A DNA stretch of 64,000 bases from Syntrophales bacterium (lineage in GTDB: Bacteria; Desulfobacterota; Syntrophia; Syntrophales; UBA2210): positions 1,632,001-1,696,000 of the forward strand of contig CAXXKT010000001.1 in assembly GCA_963662405.2 (NCBI GenBank), in the 5' to 3' direction. Position numbers and translations under genes: made by a program. This document shows positions 51,029-59,565 of this stretch, one piece after another (positions within the stretch are counted from its first letter, which is position 1; each line of letters begins with the position of its first letter). The notes under the pieces were generated by a model. The model was not told the DNA's origin. It made no database searches and saw only the letters and a list, made by a program, of their open reading frames with translations.

Positions 51029-52360
51029 TCAGCGGAGCGGTTGGAACTGCACCCGCCGGTTCAACGCCCGTCCTTCCGCAGTTTCGTTGGATGTTCTGGG
51101 CCTCGAAAAATCAAATCCCATCGCGGAGAGACGGTCCCCATCTATGCCGCTCTTGAGTAAGTATTCCTTCACCGCCTCGGCACGCCGTTGTGAGAGCTTT
51201 TGGTTATAAGCCTGAGTCCCGAAAGTGTCGGTATGGCCCTGTATCTCAACTTTCAAGGAGGGGTTTTGTTTCAAGACAGCGGCGACCTGATCAAGGAGCC
51301 GGTAATATTGAGACTTAATGACATCTTTGTCAAAGTCAAACAGAGTATCACCGATTACCCAGCAGCCCTGTTCATCAACCTGCGCACCTTTCGGAGTTTC
51401 CGGACACATGTCGAGGTAATCGGGTACGCTATCTCCGTCACTGTCGATCGGACATCCTGCGCTGTTTACCGTAACCCCTTTTGGTGTTTCGGGGCATTTG
51501 TCGAGATGATCAGGAACACCATCGCCGTCACTGTCCAACGGACACCCCTTACTGTCGACCTTCACCCCCAGAGGTGTTTCCGGGCACTTATCAATATAAT
51601 CGGGGACGCCGTCCCTGTCACTGTCGAGAGGACAGCCGTTACAATCAACCTCCACCCCTGCGGGTGTTTCGGGGCATGTATCAAGATAGTCGGCGATACC
51701 GTCACCATCACTGTCGAGGGGGCAGCCCCTGCCGTCCACGTTTACCCCTTTGGGCGTGTCGGGGCACTCGTCGATCTCGTTGGGAATACCGTCTCCATCG
51801 GAGTCCCTGAATATCTTCGAAGCGGTAAGATAATCCTGGACCCCGCGATCCTGAAACATCGCAGCTACCGCATTCGATACCGCAGTGTCACATGTTTCAT
51901 ACAGATCCTTTGCGGTGCTCGTTTCTTCGAGATTGACCTCGTATCCGTCACCGGTGATCACGTGGAGATTCAGGGTGCATCCGATGGTATCAAAACCCCA
52001 GAACAATTTCGCACGGGTGATGGAGAGCTTCAGTGTCTTGGGGGACCTCTCAGAGATAATCACGCCTCGCTTTGTCAGTTCATCGGTAAGAATCTCCACG
52101 GCGGTATCCGTCCACATAAGGAGATTAGCCGACCACTCGTGTGTATAATCTCCGATATGAGTCCACCCCGAGTTTGTCTGATTGTTGACAATACTGGCGG
52201 AGCAGACGATCTTATAGTCCGGTTTGAGGACCGTCCCGGGCTTGATCGGAATCGGTTTCGGAACATAGAAGCGCCCGCTGGTGGCACAACCCCACACTAC
52301 CATCAGGACAAATACCCCCCCAACCATAACAGAGATTTTAATTAATGTGGATTTTGACAT
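51029..52360 (-). CDS. Lipoprotein with N-terminal unknown domain, TSP3-like repeats and OmpA domain
   Basis: Lipobox VWGC; 5 repeats; IQGHTD, LSQRRA, NRRV; RBS GGAGG. Confidence 0.9.
   Translation of the reverse strand: MSKSTLIKISVMVGGVFVLMVVWGCATSGRFYVPKPIPIKPGTVLKPDYKIVCSASIVNNQTNSGWTHIGDYTHEWSANLLMWTDTAVEILTDELTKRGVIISERSPKTLKLSITRAKLFWGFDTIGCTLNLHVITGDGYEVNLEETSTAKDLYETCDTAVSNAVAAMFQDRGVQDYLTASKIFRDSDGDGIPNEIDECPDTPKGVNVDGRGCPLDSDGDGIADYLDTCPETPAGVEVDCNGCPLDSDRDGVPDYIDKCPETPLGVKVDSKGCPLDSDGDGVPDHLDKCPETPKGVTVNSAGCPIDSDGDSVPDYLDMCPETPKGAQVDEQGCWVIGDTLFDFDKDVIKSQYYRLLDQVAAVLKQNPSLKVEIQGHTDTFGTQAYNQKLSQRRAEAVKEYLLKSGIDGDRLSAMGFDFSRPRTSNETAEGRALNRRVQFQPLR
51356..51805 (-). repeat. 5 copies of 90-bp (30-aa) TSP3-like coding repeat
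   Basis: Five consecutive DSDxDxxxDxxDxCPxTPxGxxVxxxGCxx units. Confidence 0.92.
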
Positions 52361-52420
52361 CTTTCCTCCACTCGGTATGCTTCTTGTTGATTATATGCCT
52401 TGTTATAGTACATCCTTGTT

Positions 52421-53182
52421 TTACTCAGCCGTTTCTTCCTGAAGACTGCCGGATGGTAAGCGGCGGAGAACATCCGTGTTGATGACCCATTTTCCACCCT
52501 TGCATTCACAGGCCGCCGGATCCCTCGCAACGGGGAGCCATATGTCGCCAGTGGCCTCGCAGGCTTTCCGGTTTTTCGGTTCGGGAACCCATGTGCCGCC
52601 TATGGTCTCGCACTCCGTTTCACTGATTGCGGGTACCCAGACCCCACCATTTTCGTGACAGTCGGCAGGGTCCTTTCCTTTAGCGCCCTGACAGTGTGCG
52701 GCGCCAAGCACTTCCCCGTCGGTTCCTCGACAGTACGCTTTCTTACGCGTCCCGTTTGCATCAACACAATATGCCTCGTCCGGATCACCATTGGTATCCC
52801 TACAATAGGCACATCGATACGCCTCTCCTCTCAAGTCCGGGTAATCCCCCAGGTTGACAAAGAGATGGGTCGCGCCGATCTCGGCGGCATTGTCCAGCAG
52901 CTCATTGAGGGCGTTGTTGTGCGCTATCTGTCGTACGGTGTTCCACCAGGAAAGGCAACCGAAGGCAGGATAGGAAGACCCCTGCACGTTGCCAAGGGCC
53001 TCACACTGCACTTCGCATTGATGAACCTGTTCGGCCGAAACCAGCCGGACGCGGGATGCCCGTGTGGACATATCAGTCGCGCACGAACTCAGAACCACTG
53101 CAGCGACGAGACTGAGAATCGGAAGCCCCATTACTTTCCCTGTATCTTTCATAAACCTTCTCCCCGGATTAAAAAAATGCAT
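52421..53182 (-). CDS. Cys-rich repeat lipoprotein (N-terminus DUF4156-like); start probably 53152
   Basis: Lipobox VLSSC; ALNELLDNAAEIGATH..GEAYRC; AYC and CxxxGGxW repeats. Confidence 0.72.
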   Translation of the reverse strand: MHFFNPGRRFMKDTGKVMGLPILSLVAAVVLSSCATDMSTRASRVRLVSAEQVHQCEVQCEALGNVQGSSYPAFGCLSWWNTVRQIAHNNALNELLDNAAEIGATHLFVNLGDYPDLRGEAYRCAYCRDTNGDPDEAYCVDANGTRKKAYCRGTDGEVLGAAHCQGAKGKDPADCHENGGVWVPAISETECETIGGTWVPEPKNRKACEATGDIWLPVARDPAACECKGGKWVINTDVLRRLPSGSLQEETAE

Positions 53183-53202
53183 ATAAGAATTACATTCCTT
53201 TG

Positions 53203-55749
53203 TTATGGAACAACAATGGTATCATTCGGTGTCAGCCTGACGTTAACCTCCGGCTCTCTCCCCCTGACCCCTTTGTCGTAATTGAAGGGGATATTCTGCT
53301 GTTTGCCGTCCACCATGCGGACGATCATAATGTTATCCGAATCGGCCCACTCATTCAAGCCGCCCGCCCATGCGAGACCCTGAAGGACAGTCATGTCGTC
53401 GTACAGCTCGTATGACCCGGGTCGCAGGACCTTGCCGACGACATACACCCGATCTTGAGCCTCTTTTGTTGTCGTTTCAATGCGGGTGACGTAGACGGTG
53501 TCCCCTCCCTGGATTTTTGGTAGAGGCTTTGTTCCGCCCTTAGCCTTGCCATGCAGGAATTCCTCCAGGTCGAATCGAGTGATGACTTTGCCGTTCCGTA
53601 TGATCGCTATGTCGGTCAGCTCCGCCCATTGGTCTTCTCCGCTGGCGAGTACCATGAGGTCAACAAGGTTCATGTCTTCTTCGACTTCGTATATCCCCGG
53701 GTTATGTACCGCCCCAAAAATCCTGACTTTTGCCTTGACATCCTCTTCCAGCCTTTCGGTCGGTGGAGTCCAGACATTGAGCGTTCTTTTGATATTGCCG
53801 AAGTTGGAAGTAATTGGTATAAAAATAGTGTCGTTTTGATGAATCGGGGTCAAGAGCCTTGTGTCGCCGGTTATCGTAAACTGGTAGAGATTGACCTCGA
53901 CTTTTTGCGCCCCGCCGTTGAGGCTTCTCTGAATCACGACATCGCTCATGGTCGCCCCATCGACGGCGCCGCCCGCTTCACTCACCACCTCCTGTATGTT
54001 TGCCGTTTCCGGCACGTTGTACCAGCCGGGTTCAGTCACATGCCCCAGCACCTGGACGTAGTGTTTCTTTTCAATGATGCTGACCTCGACCTTCTGAAGA
54101 ACAGCGATGTACTTGGGAAGTCGCGCTTCTATCTCCGTTTTGATCTCCTGAGTCGTCAGGTTATTGACGAAGATATGCCCATAGTTGGGGAGATAGATGT
54201 ATCCGTTTCTGTCAATCTCGATCTTGTTCTGTGCCAGTGACTGGGTCAGATCGGCCGAATCCGTCGTGTCAGGTCTCCTCCCCGGGGCCTGCCGCTGCGG
54301 AATACTGATAAACATCAGATCTCCTTTGTCGGCTTCTTCCCGATACGCTTCAGGGATCGGAACAACCAGGATGTCATTCGGTCTAAGGGTAATTTTGTCA
54401 CCTATACTGAAGTTTCGAAATTCCTCCCCTACCTTACGCTTGAGAACAATCCCAGACCGGACTTTCCTCGACAGCATTCCCCCCGCCATTTGGAGTACCG
54501 TATCCAGTTCTATACGGGATGGAACGCGATACCACCCAGGATAGCGCATGCCACCCTGAATGGAAATGTATCGCCTCCGTTCCACGATCTTGGTCTGTAC
54601 GCTGTCTCCCTTGGCAATAAATTTTCTGGCTTCCCTGGTCAGTTTTTCGTTCAGGCCTCCTTCGCTGAGACCCTGGACTTCGACTTTCCCGATCATCATC
54701 ATATAGATATTTCCATCCGGGTCGACGTCGTAATCGTAGCTCATTTCTTTCTGACCCGGTACCTCGATCCGCACAACATCTCCTGGTGATATGAGGGATT
54801 CCCGTTCCTCTGACACGGGGGGAGGGGGAGTCGTCGTTTCCGTTTGCGGGGGAGGTGGCTCCAGCGGTTTTCTGTAGGAGTTTGTATGCTTCGCAGGAGA
54901 AGGTTTCATGGAAGTTGGTTGTGTGGTTTCAGGAAGAGTGGGTCTCGCAACCGCCTGAGACGGCTTTCTTGCGCTGGCAAGTTTAAACCCCGGGGCGGCT
55001 GAGGGTTTCGGAGAGATGACGGGTTCCGACTTGATCTGCTGAATGTCGCGGGTTACGGCCCCTTTCATGTCAACCGGCGCTGCCGCTATCTCGGCTGAAT
55101 AACCGCTTTCCGTACCCTTTTCGTCGATCGATGTTATCACAAAGAAATATTGTTTCGCTTTGTTCAGACCGTGAATCGTAATCTTTGTAACATCACGCCC
55201 CACACTGATCGGCGGCGGTCCTTCGACGGCGGAGTCCGCTTTGGCTGGTTCATAGGGTGGACCTGAGTCCGTGTCGTAATAAATTTTGTATCCGGCAAGG
55301 TTGGGGCCACCGCTGGCATCCCATTCCAGGGTAACTTCTCCTTTGGGTGGAGACGCAGTAGATTCTGTTTGACCGGGAGTGGGTGGCTGATCGGTTGGTT
55401 CTGATATGACGAAATTGTTTGTATTAATCTTCACGACGATAATGTCGCCCTTGTAGCCATGGATCCGCATGGCCTTTCTTTGTTCCAGGGTTTCGCTTTT
55501 TGTAGCAAAAGGACCGACACAGACGCGGTACCAGACGCCACTCCCCGGCATCTGTACCTTTTCGATGACAGCTTTTTGATTTTGTTGAGTCAGGTTATAA
55601 ACGTACCGCAGCGCGGCTTCTTTGCCTCGGAAAGAATTGAGCAGGAGACCGTAGTCAGCGGAGGCAAGAGTGGCGAAAAAACAGATAAGGACAAATTGCT
55701 GTGCAATGCGCAAAGTGACCTTTTTTGCCATCTGACTGTGCACAAGCAT
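53203..55749 (-). CDS. Multidomain polysaccharide export protein: SPOR + Fn3 + Pro-rich linker + two Poly_export modules + SLBB domains
   Basis: WYRVCVGPF (SPOR); VTLEWD..LAGYKIYY..ESGYS (Fn3); VDPDGNIY..IGKVEVQGL and IDRNGYIYLPNYGHIFVNNLT; repeated VxGxVxxPGxY; ends NDTIVVP. Confidence 0.85.
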   Translation of the reverse strand: MLVHSQMAKKVTLRIAQQFVLICFFATLASADYGLLLNSFRGKEAALRYVYNLTQQNQKAVIEKVQMPGSGVWYRVCVGPFATKSETLEQRKAMRIHGYKGDIIVVKINTNNFVISEPTDQPPTPGQTESTASPPKGEVTLEWDASGGPNLAGYKIYYDTDSGPPYEPAKADSAVEGPPPISVGRDVTKITIHGLNKAKQYFFVITSIDEKGTESGYSAEIAAAPVDMKGAVTRDIQQIKSEPVISPKPSAAPGFKLASARKPSQAVARPTLPETTQPTSMKPSPAKHTNSYRKPLEPPPPQTETTTPPPPVSEERESLISPGDVVRIEVPGQKEMSYDYDVDPDGNIYMMMIGKVEVQGLSEGGLNEKLTREARKFIAKGDSVQTKIVERRRYISIQGGMRYPGWYRVPSRIELDTVLQMAGGMLSRKVRSGIVLKRKVGEEFRNFSIGDKITLRPNDILVVPIPEAYREEADKGDLMFISIPQRQAPGRRPDTTDSADLTQSLAQNKIEIDRNGYIYLPNYGHIFVNNLTTQEIKTEIEARLPKYIAVLQKVEVSIIEKKHYVQVLGHVTEPGWYNVPETANIQEVVSEAGGAVDGATMSDVVIQRSLNGGAQKVEVNLYQFTITGDTRLLTPIHQNDTIFIPITSNFGNIKRTLNVWTPPTERLEEDVKAKVRIFGAVHNPGIYEVEEDMNLVDLMVLASGEDQWAELTDIAIIRNGKVITRFDLEEFLHGKAKGGTKPLPKIQGGDTVYVTRIETTTKEAQDRVYVVGKVLRPGSYELYDDMTVLQGLAWAGGLNEWADSDNIMIVRMVDGKQQNIPFNYDKGVRGREPEVNVRLTPNDTIVVP

Positions 55750-55787
55750 CCCCTTTTTAGGTCATTCAAACGACTCTTCTCAAGATA

Positions 55788-55804
55788 TGGTAGTCAGGTT
55801 GCAT
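55788..55804 (+). promoter_or_regulatory. Possible sigma54 -24/-12 element
   Basis: TGGTAG-TCAGG-TTGCAT, GG-N10-GC spacing. Confidence 0.35.
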
Positions 55805-56178
55805 ATTAGTACTAGATATTGTATATTGCAAGAAAAAACTTATTCTTTTTGCAGGGAAGGCGTCTGTTGTTATAGGATAATATGCAATGATTCTCGAGCT
55901 TTGATAATCGTTCCTCGTAGAGGGTATGGGCTTAACGATATATTTCGTGGAAAAATCAGGGAAAAGCTCGTAAAAGGGTCTATATGAATCGGATGATATG
56001 ATCCGATCCGCTGGTGTCATGGGCTTTGCCGGACGGTCTCCTTGCGTTTGTTGATGATTTATCCTGTCGGCTAACACAGGGTGATAAAACGGGCTTTTGA
56101 TTCATCGGGAACGTCCGGGAATTGTTAGCCGATACATGCCCTGTGGTAGATAGCCTGAACCGGGAAGCTTTTGGCGCA

Positions 56179-56200
56179 TTGAGTTACAACTGTAACTCAA
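56179..56200. repeat. Perfect 10-bp inverted repeat with 2-nt spacer
   Basis: TTGAGTTACA-AC-TGTAACTCAA. Confidence 0.9.
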
Positions 56201-56285
56201 GAGGCGGAGCAGTGAAGAGAGGTGGCGTGCGCCTCGACATTGAACAAGCTCATAATGAATTTTTCCCAAAGCAAAGGGGAATGGT

Positions 56286-57185
56286 ATGAATGGAGTTGAT
56301 CGATACATCCTCTTCACCGTTGATCTTGAAGATTGGTTCCAGGTGGAGAACCTCAAACCGGGGATTTCTCGTTCCTCCTGGTCGTCCCGTGAATTACGAG
56401 TTGAAAGGAACACTCTTTGCATCCTTGATCTTCTCGAATCTGTGAAACGGGGAAGCGCGTATGATCCACTACACGCCACCTTTTTTGTCCTGGGATGGAT
56501 TGCCGAACGTCTTCCTCACCTCGTGCGTGAGATACATTCGCGCGGGCACGAGGTGGCATCGCATGGTTATTCACATCAATGTTCCTATGATTTTTCATCG
56601 GACAATCTGAAAGGAGATCTGCTCGATAGTAAGAAGCTTCTTGAAGACATTATAGGCGATCGGGTATACGGGTACCGTGCTCCCAGTTTCTCGATTAATA
56701 ATGAAGTCTTGAAAATCGTAGAATCCTGCGGTTATTCCTATGATTCCAGTTATAATTCGTTCGCGATGAACAAGCGGTATGGAAAGGTCCGGTTTGCCGG
56801 GTACCCAACCGAAGGAATTTCCGTAAAGATTTCTGATTCTTTTCATGAACTTCCGATCAGCAATCTTCACTGGGGAAGGACAATGCTGCCATGGGGAGGC
56901 GGGGGGTATTTCCGTTTGATTCCCCTGAGCCTCTTTCGCAAGGGCGTGAAGTCGATCCTGAAAGGGGAAGGCGCTTATATTTTTTACATTCACCCGTGGG
57001 AGATAGATCCTGATCAGCCGCGTGTTAATGCAATTCCCGTCTCTTACCGCTTCAGACATTATGTTAACCTGGGCCGAACGCAACAGAAGATAGCTTCGTT
57101 TCTGAGTCAAATGAAGGGATGTTGTTTTGTGTCTTGCCGGACCTATCTGGACCTCATGAAGAGGACGGAAGATGGCATCGACTGA
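56286..57185 (+). CDS. Polysaccharide deacetylase, XrtA/PEP-CTERM type (DUF3473 C-terminus)
   Basis: TVDLEDWFQV, ATFFVLGW, HEVASHG, GYRAPSFSI, GGGGYFRL, YIHPWEIDPDQPR. Confidence 0.93.
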   Translation: MNGVDRYILFTVDLEDWFQVENLKPGISRSSWSSRELRVERNTLCILDLLESVKRGSAYDPLHATFFVLGWIAERLPHLVREIHSRGHEVASHGYSHQCSYDFSSDNLKGDLLDSKKLLEDIIGDRVYGYRAPSFSINNEVLKIVESCGYSYDSSYNSFAMNKRYGKVRFAGYPTEGISVKISDSFHELPISNLHWGRTMLPWGGGGYFRLIPLSLFRKGVKSILKGEGAYIFYIHPWEIDPDQPRVNAIPVSYRFRHYVNLGRTQQKIASFLSQMKGCCFVSCRTYLDLMKRTEDGID

Positions 57186-57240
57186 GGCATTTTATACACA
57201 AGATGATTGAAATCCCACACTGAAGGAAAATATATTTTTC

Positions 57241-58341
57241 ATGTCCATTCAGGTTGATCTGCTGAAAAAGAGTGACGATGCACTGTGGGATGAATATATA
57301 CTCAATAATCCTCAAGGGACACCGTACCATCTGTCGGGGTGGCGAAAGGCAATTGAAAAGGCATACGGCCACCGATCTTACTACCTGGTTGCCTCCGGAA
57401 CATCGGCAGGTCGTTCCGATAAGCCGCGCAATACGATAGTCGGTGTACTCCCCTTAATTCACCTGAAACATTTCCCTTTCGGAAATGAGATTATTTCGCT
57501 CCCTTTTTGTGATGAAGCTGGGATTATCGCCACCGATGATGAAACCGAAATCGAACTCATTCGGGGTGCAATCCGGATCGCTCACGATTTGCGATGTCAC
57601 GCAGTGGAACTGAGGCATTCTTTCCCCCATCCGTGTTTTACAGAAGGGGAAGGGTTGTTTGCGGATAAACAGGCCCGGATCATCACCAGGGAGCATAAGG
57701 TCCGCATGTTACGGGAGGTAATGCCGTCATCGGAAGAGTTGTTGCGATCGTTCAAAGCGAAACTGAGGAGTCAGATCCGACGGCCGATGAAAGACGGTCT
57801 CTATGCTGTCGTGGGGGGGATGGAACTCCTCGACGATTTCTACGAGGTGTTTGCCCGAAACATGAGGGACCTGGGCTCTCCTGTTCATTCAAAGCAGTTT
57901 ATCGGGGCGGTATTCAAGGAACTGTCAGAACGAGTCAAATTGGTGATCGTGTATCATAACGAGAAGCCTCTCGCGTGCAGCATGGTGATCGGGTGCGGGA
58001 ATACGCTGAGAAACCCCTGGGCATCGGCGCTGCACGAATACAGCAGGATGAGTCCCAACATGCTCTTGTATTGGGCGATGCTCGCATATGCCTGTGACAA
58101 CGGATACGCGTACTTTGACTTTGGGAGATCGTCGCCGGGGGAAGGGACGTACCGGTTCAAGGAACAGTGGGGGGCGAAGCCCTCTCCCCTGTATTGGAAC
58201 TATCTCACGACTGATGCCACGTTTGTTCCCGGTGGAGAAGGAGGAGATGTCAAACGGTTCGCTGTGGCATTTTGGAAGAGGCTTCCCGTACCGCTTTCCC
58301 GCTTCATCGGTCCTCCAATCAGGAAACATATTGGGTTGTAA
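57241..58341 (+). CDS. FemAB-related GNAT protein, XrtA system
   Basis: ISLPFCD, KLRSQIRR, NMRDLGSPV, PNMLLYW, FDFGRS, FKEQWGA. Confidence 0.9.
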   Translation: MSIQVDLLKKSDDALWDEYILNNPQGTPYHLSGWRKAIEKAYGHRSYYLVASGTSAGRSDKPRNTIVGVLPLIHLKHFPFGNEIISLPFCDEAGIIATDDETEIELIRGAIRIAHDLRCHAVELRHSFPHPCFTEGEGLFADKQARIITREHKVRMLREVMPSSEELLRSFKAKLRSQIRRPMKDGLYAVVGGMELLDDFYEVFARNMRDLGSPVHSKQFIGAVFKELSERVKLVIVYHNEKPLACSMVIGCGNTLRNPWASALHEYSRMSPNMLLYWAMLAYACDNGYAYFDFGRSSPGEGTYRFKEQWGAKPSPLYWNYLTTDATFVPGGEGGDVKRFAVAFWKRLPVPLSRFIGPPIRKHIGL

Positions 58342-58347
58342 AAAAGT

Positions 58348-59550
58348 ATGATAATCCGCCGGACACTGCCGCCGACGGCGGCGCCGATATATTGCCGGGA
58401 TATCGTCAACGGGTTGGTTGGTATGCTCCGGGGCGGGCCGGAGATCGAACGGTTCGAAAGTGAAATCAGGGAGTATTTCGGGGTACGGCACTGTTTCACG
58501 CTGTCATCGGGACGGGCCGCCCTGACCGTTATCCTCAGGGCTCTCCATGCTCTCCATCCGGAACGAACTGTTGTCGTCATCCCTGCATACACCTGTTATT
58601 CGGTGGCAGCCTCGATTGTTCGTGCCAGTCTTTCCATTCGTCTGTGTGATATCGACGCGAGGACGCTCGATTTCAATTACGCAGAGCTTCAAGCTATCAT
58701 CACCCATGATTCGAAGGAACTACTGGCGATTATACCAGCTCATCTCTTTGGGTTGCCTTCGGACATCGACAGGCTAAAAAACATCACCTCGGGACATGAT
58801 ATTTTCATCGTCGAGGATGCCGCTCAGGCGTTTGGTGGTAAAGACTCCAAGGGGAACAAGCTGGGGACGAAAGGGGATGTTGGCTTTTTCAGCCTTGGCC
58901 GCGGAAAACCCATGACGACGGTCGAGGGAGGAATCATCGTTACCAACGGGAACGACATCGCCCGGGGTATTGAGAAACAGGTCAGGAGGACGAAACAATG
59001 CTCGATGACACCGTTGATCATCAAGGCGTTGCTTCTCGCCCTTTTTATACATCCGGGACTGTATTGGTTTCCCAAAAGCCTTTCTTTCCTGAAGATCGGT
59101 GAAACGATATATGATGAAAAATTTAAGCTGCAGATCCTATCTTCTTTCCAGGCTGGTCTGTCGAACGGGTGGCAGCACAGGATTGAGTCCTTGAAACATG
59201 CCCGCCGTTCGGGAGCCCGGAGGTTTTTGTCGATAGATCAACACGATGCTTTTCACCGTTATTTCTCCGATGTCAATACGCTGCCCGATCTCCTCCGCTT
59301 CCCGCTTTTGTGTCGCGATGCGTCTTTCAGAGAGGATCAGACATGCCGGGGTGCCATGGAGCGGATGGGGGTCGTGCCGTACTATCCAACCGCCATAAAC
59401 CGTATCGGAAACTTAAAAGACAGATTTACTGGAGAGCGATACCCGGAGGCGGATCGGGTGGCGGTTCACTTGATTACACTTCCCATTCACCCGCTAGTCT
59501 CGGAACACGACGCGGATGAAATACACAAGCTGTTGGAGAAACTGTTATGA
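58348..59550 (+). CDS. DegT/DnrJ/EryC1/StrS-family PLP aminotransferase
   Basis: SSGRAAL, IPAYTC, VEDAAQA, FSLGRGK, LITLPIHP. Confidence 0.88.
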   Translation: MIIRRTLPPTAAPIYCRDIVNGLVGMLRGGPEIERFESEIREYFGVRHCFTLSSGRAALTVILRALHALHPERTVVVIPAYTCYSVAASIVRASLSIRLCDIDARTLDFNYAELQAIITHDSKELLAIIPAHLFGLPSDIDRLKNITSGHDIFIVEDAAQAFGGKDSKGNKLGTKGDVGFFSLGRGKPMTTVEGGIIVTNGNDIARGIEKQVRRTKQCSMTPLIIKALLLALFIHPGLYWFPKSLSFLKIGETIYDEKFKLQILSSFQAGLSNGWQHRIESLKHARRSGARRFLSIDQHDAFHRYFSDVNTLPDLLRFPLLCRDASFREDQTCRGAMERMGVVPYYPTAINRIGNLKDRFTGERYPEADRVAVHLITLPIHPLVSEHDADEIHKLLEKLL

Positions 59551-59565
59551 ACCTGACAAACGGAC

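Noticed and set aside
50484..51805. Regular 90-bp repeats as a possible CRISPR array
   Set aside because: They are in-frame degenerate coding repeats (TSP3-like) with no unique spacers and no cas genes
52570..52600. VPEP motif in the Cys-rich lipoprotein as a PEP-CTERM sorting signal
   Set aside because: Internal, not followed by a transmembrane helix and basic tail; no PEP-CTERM substrate seen in the window
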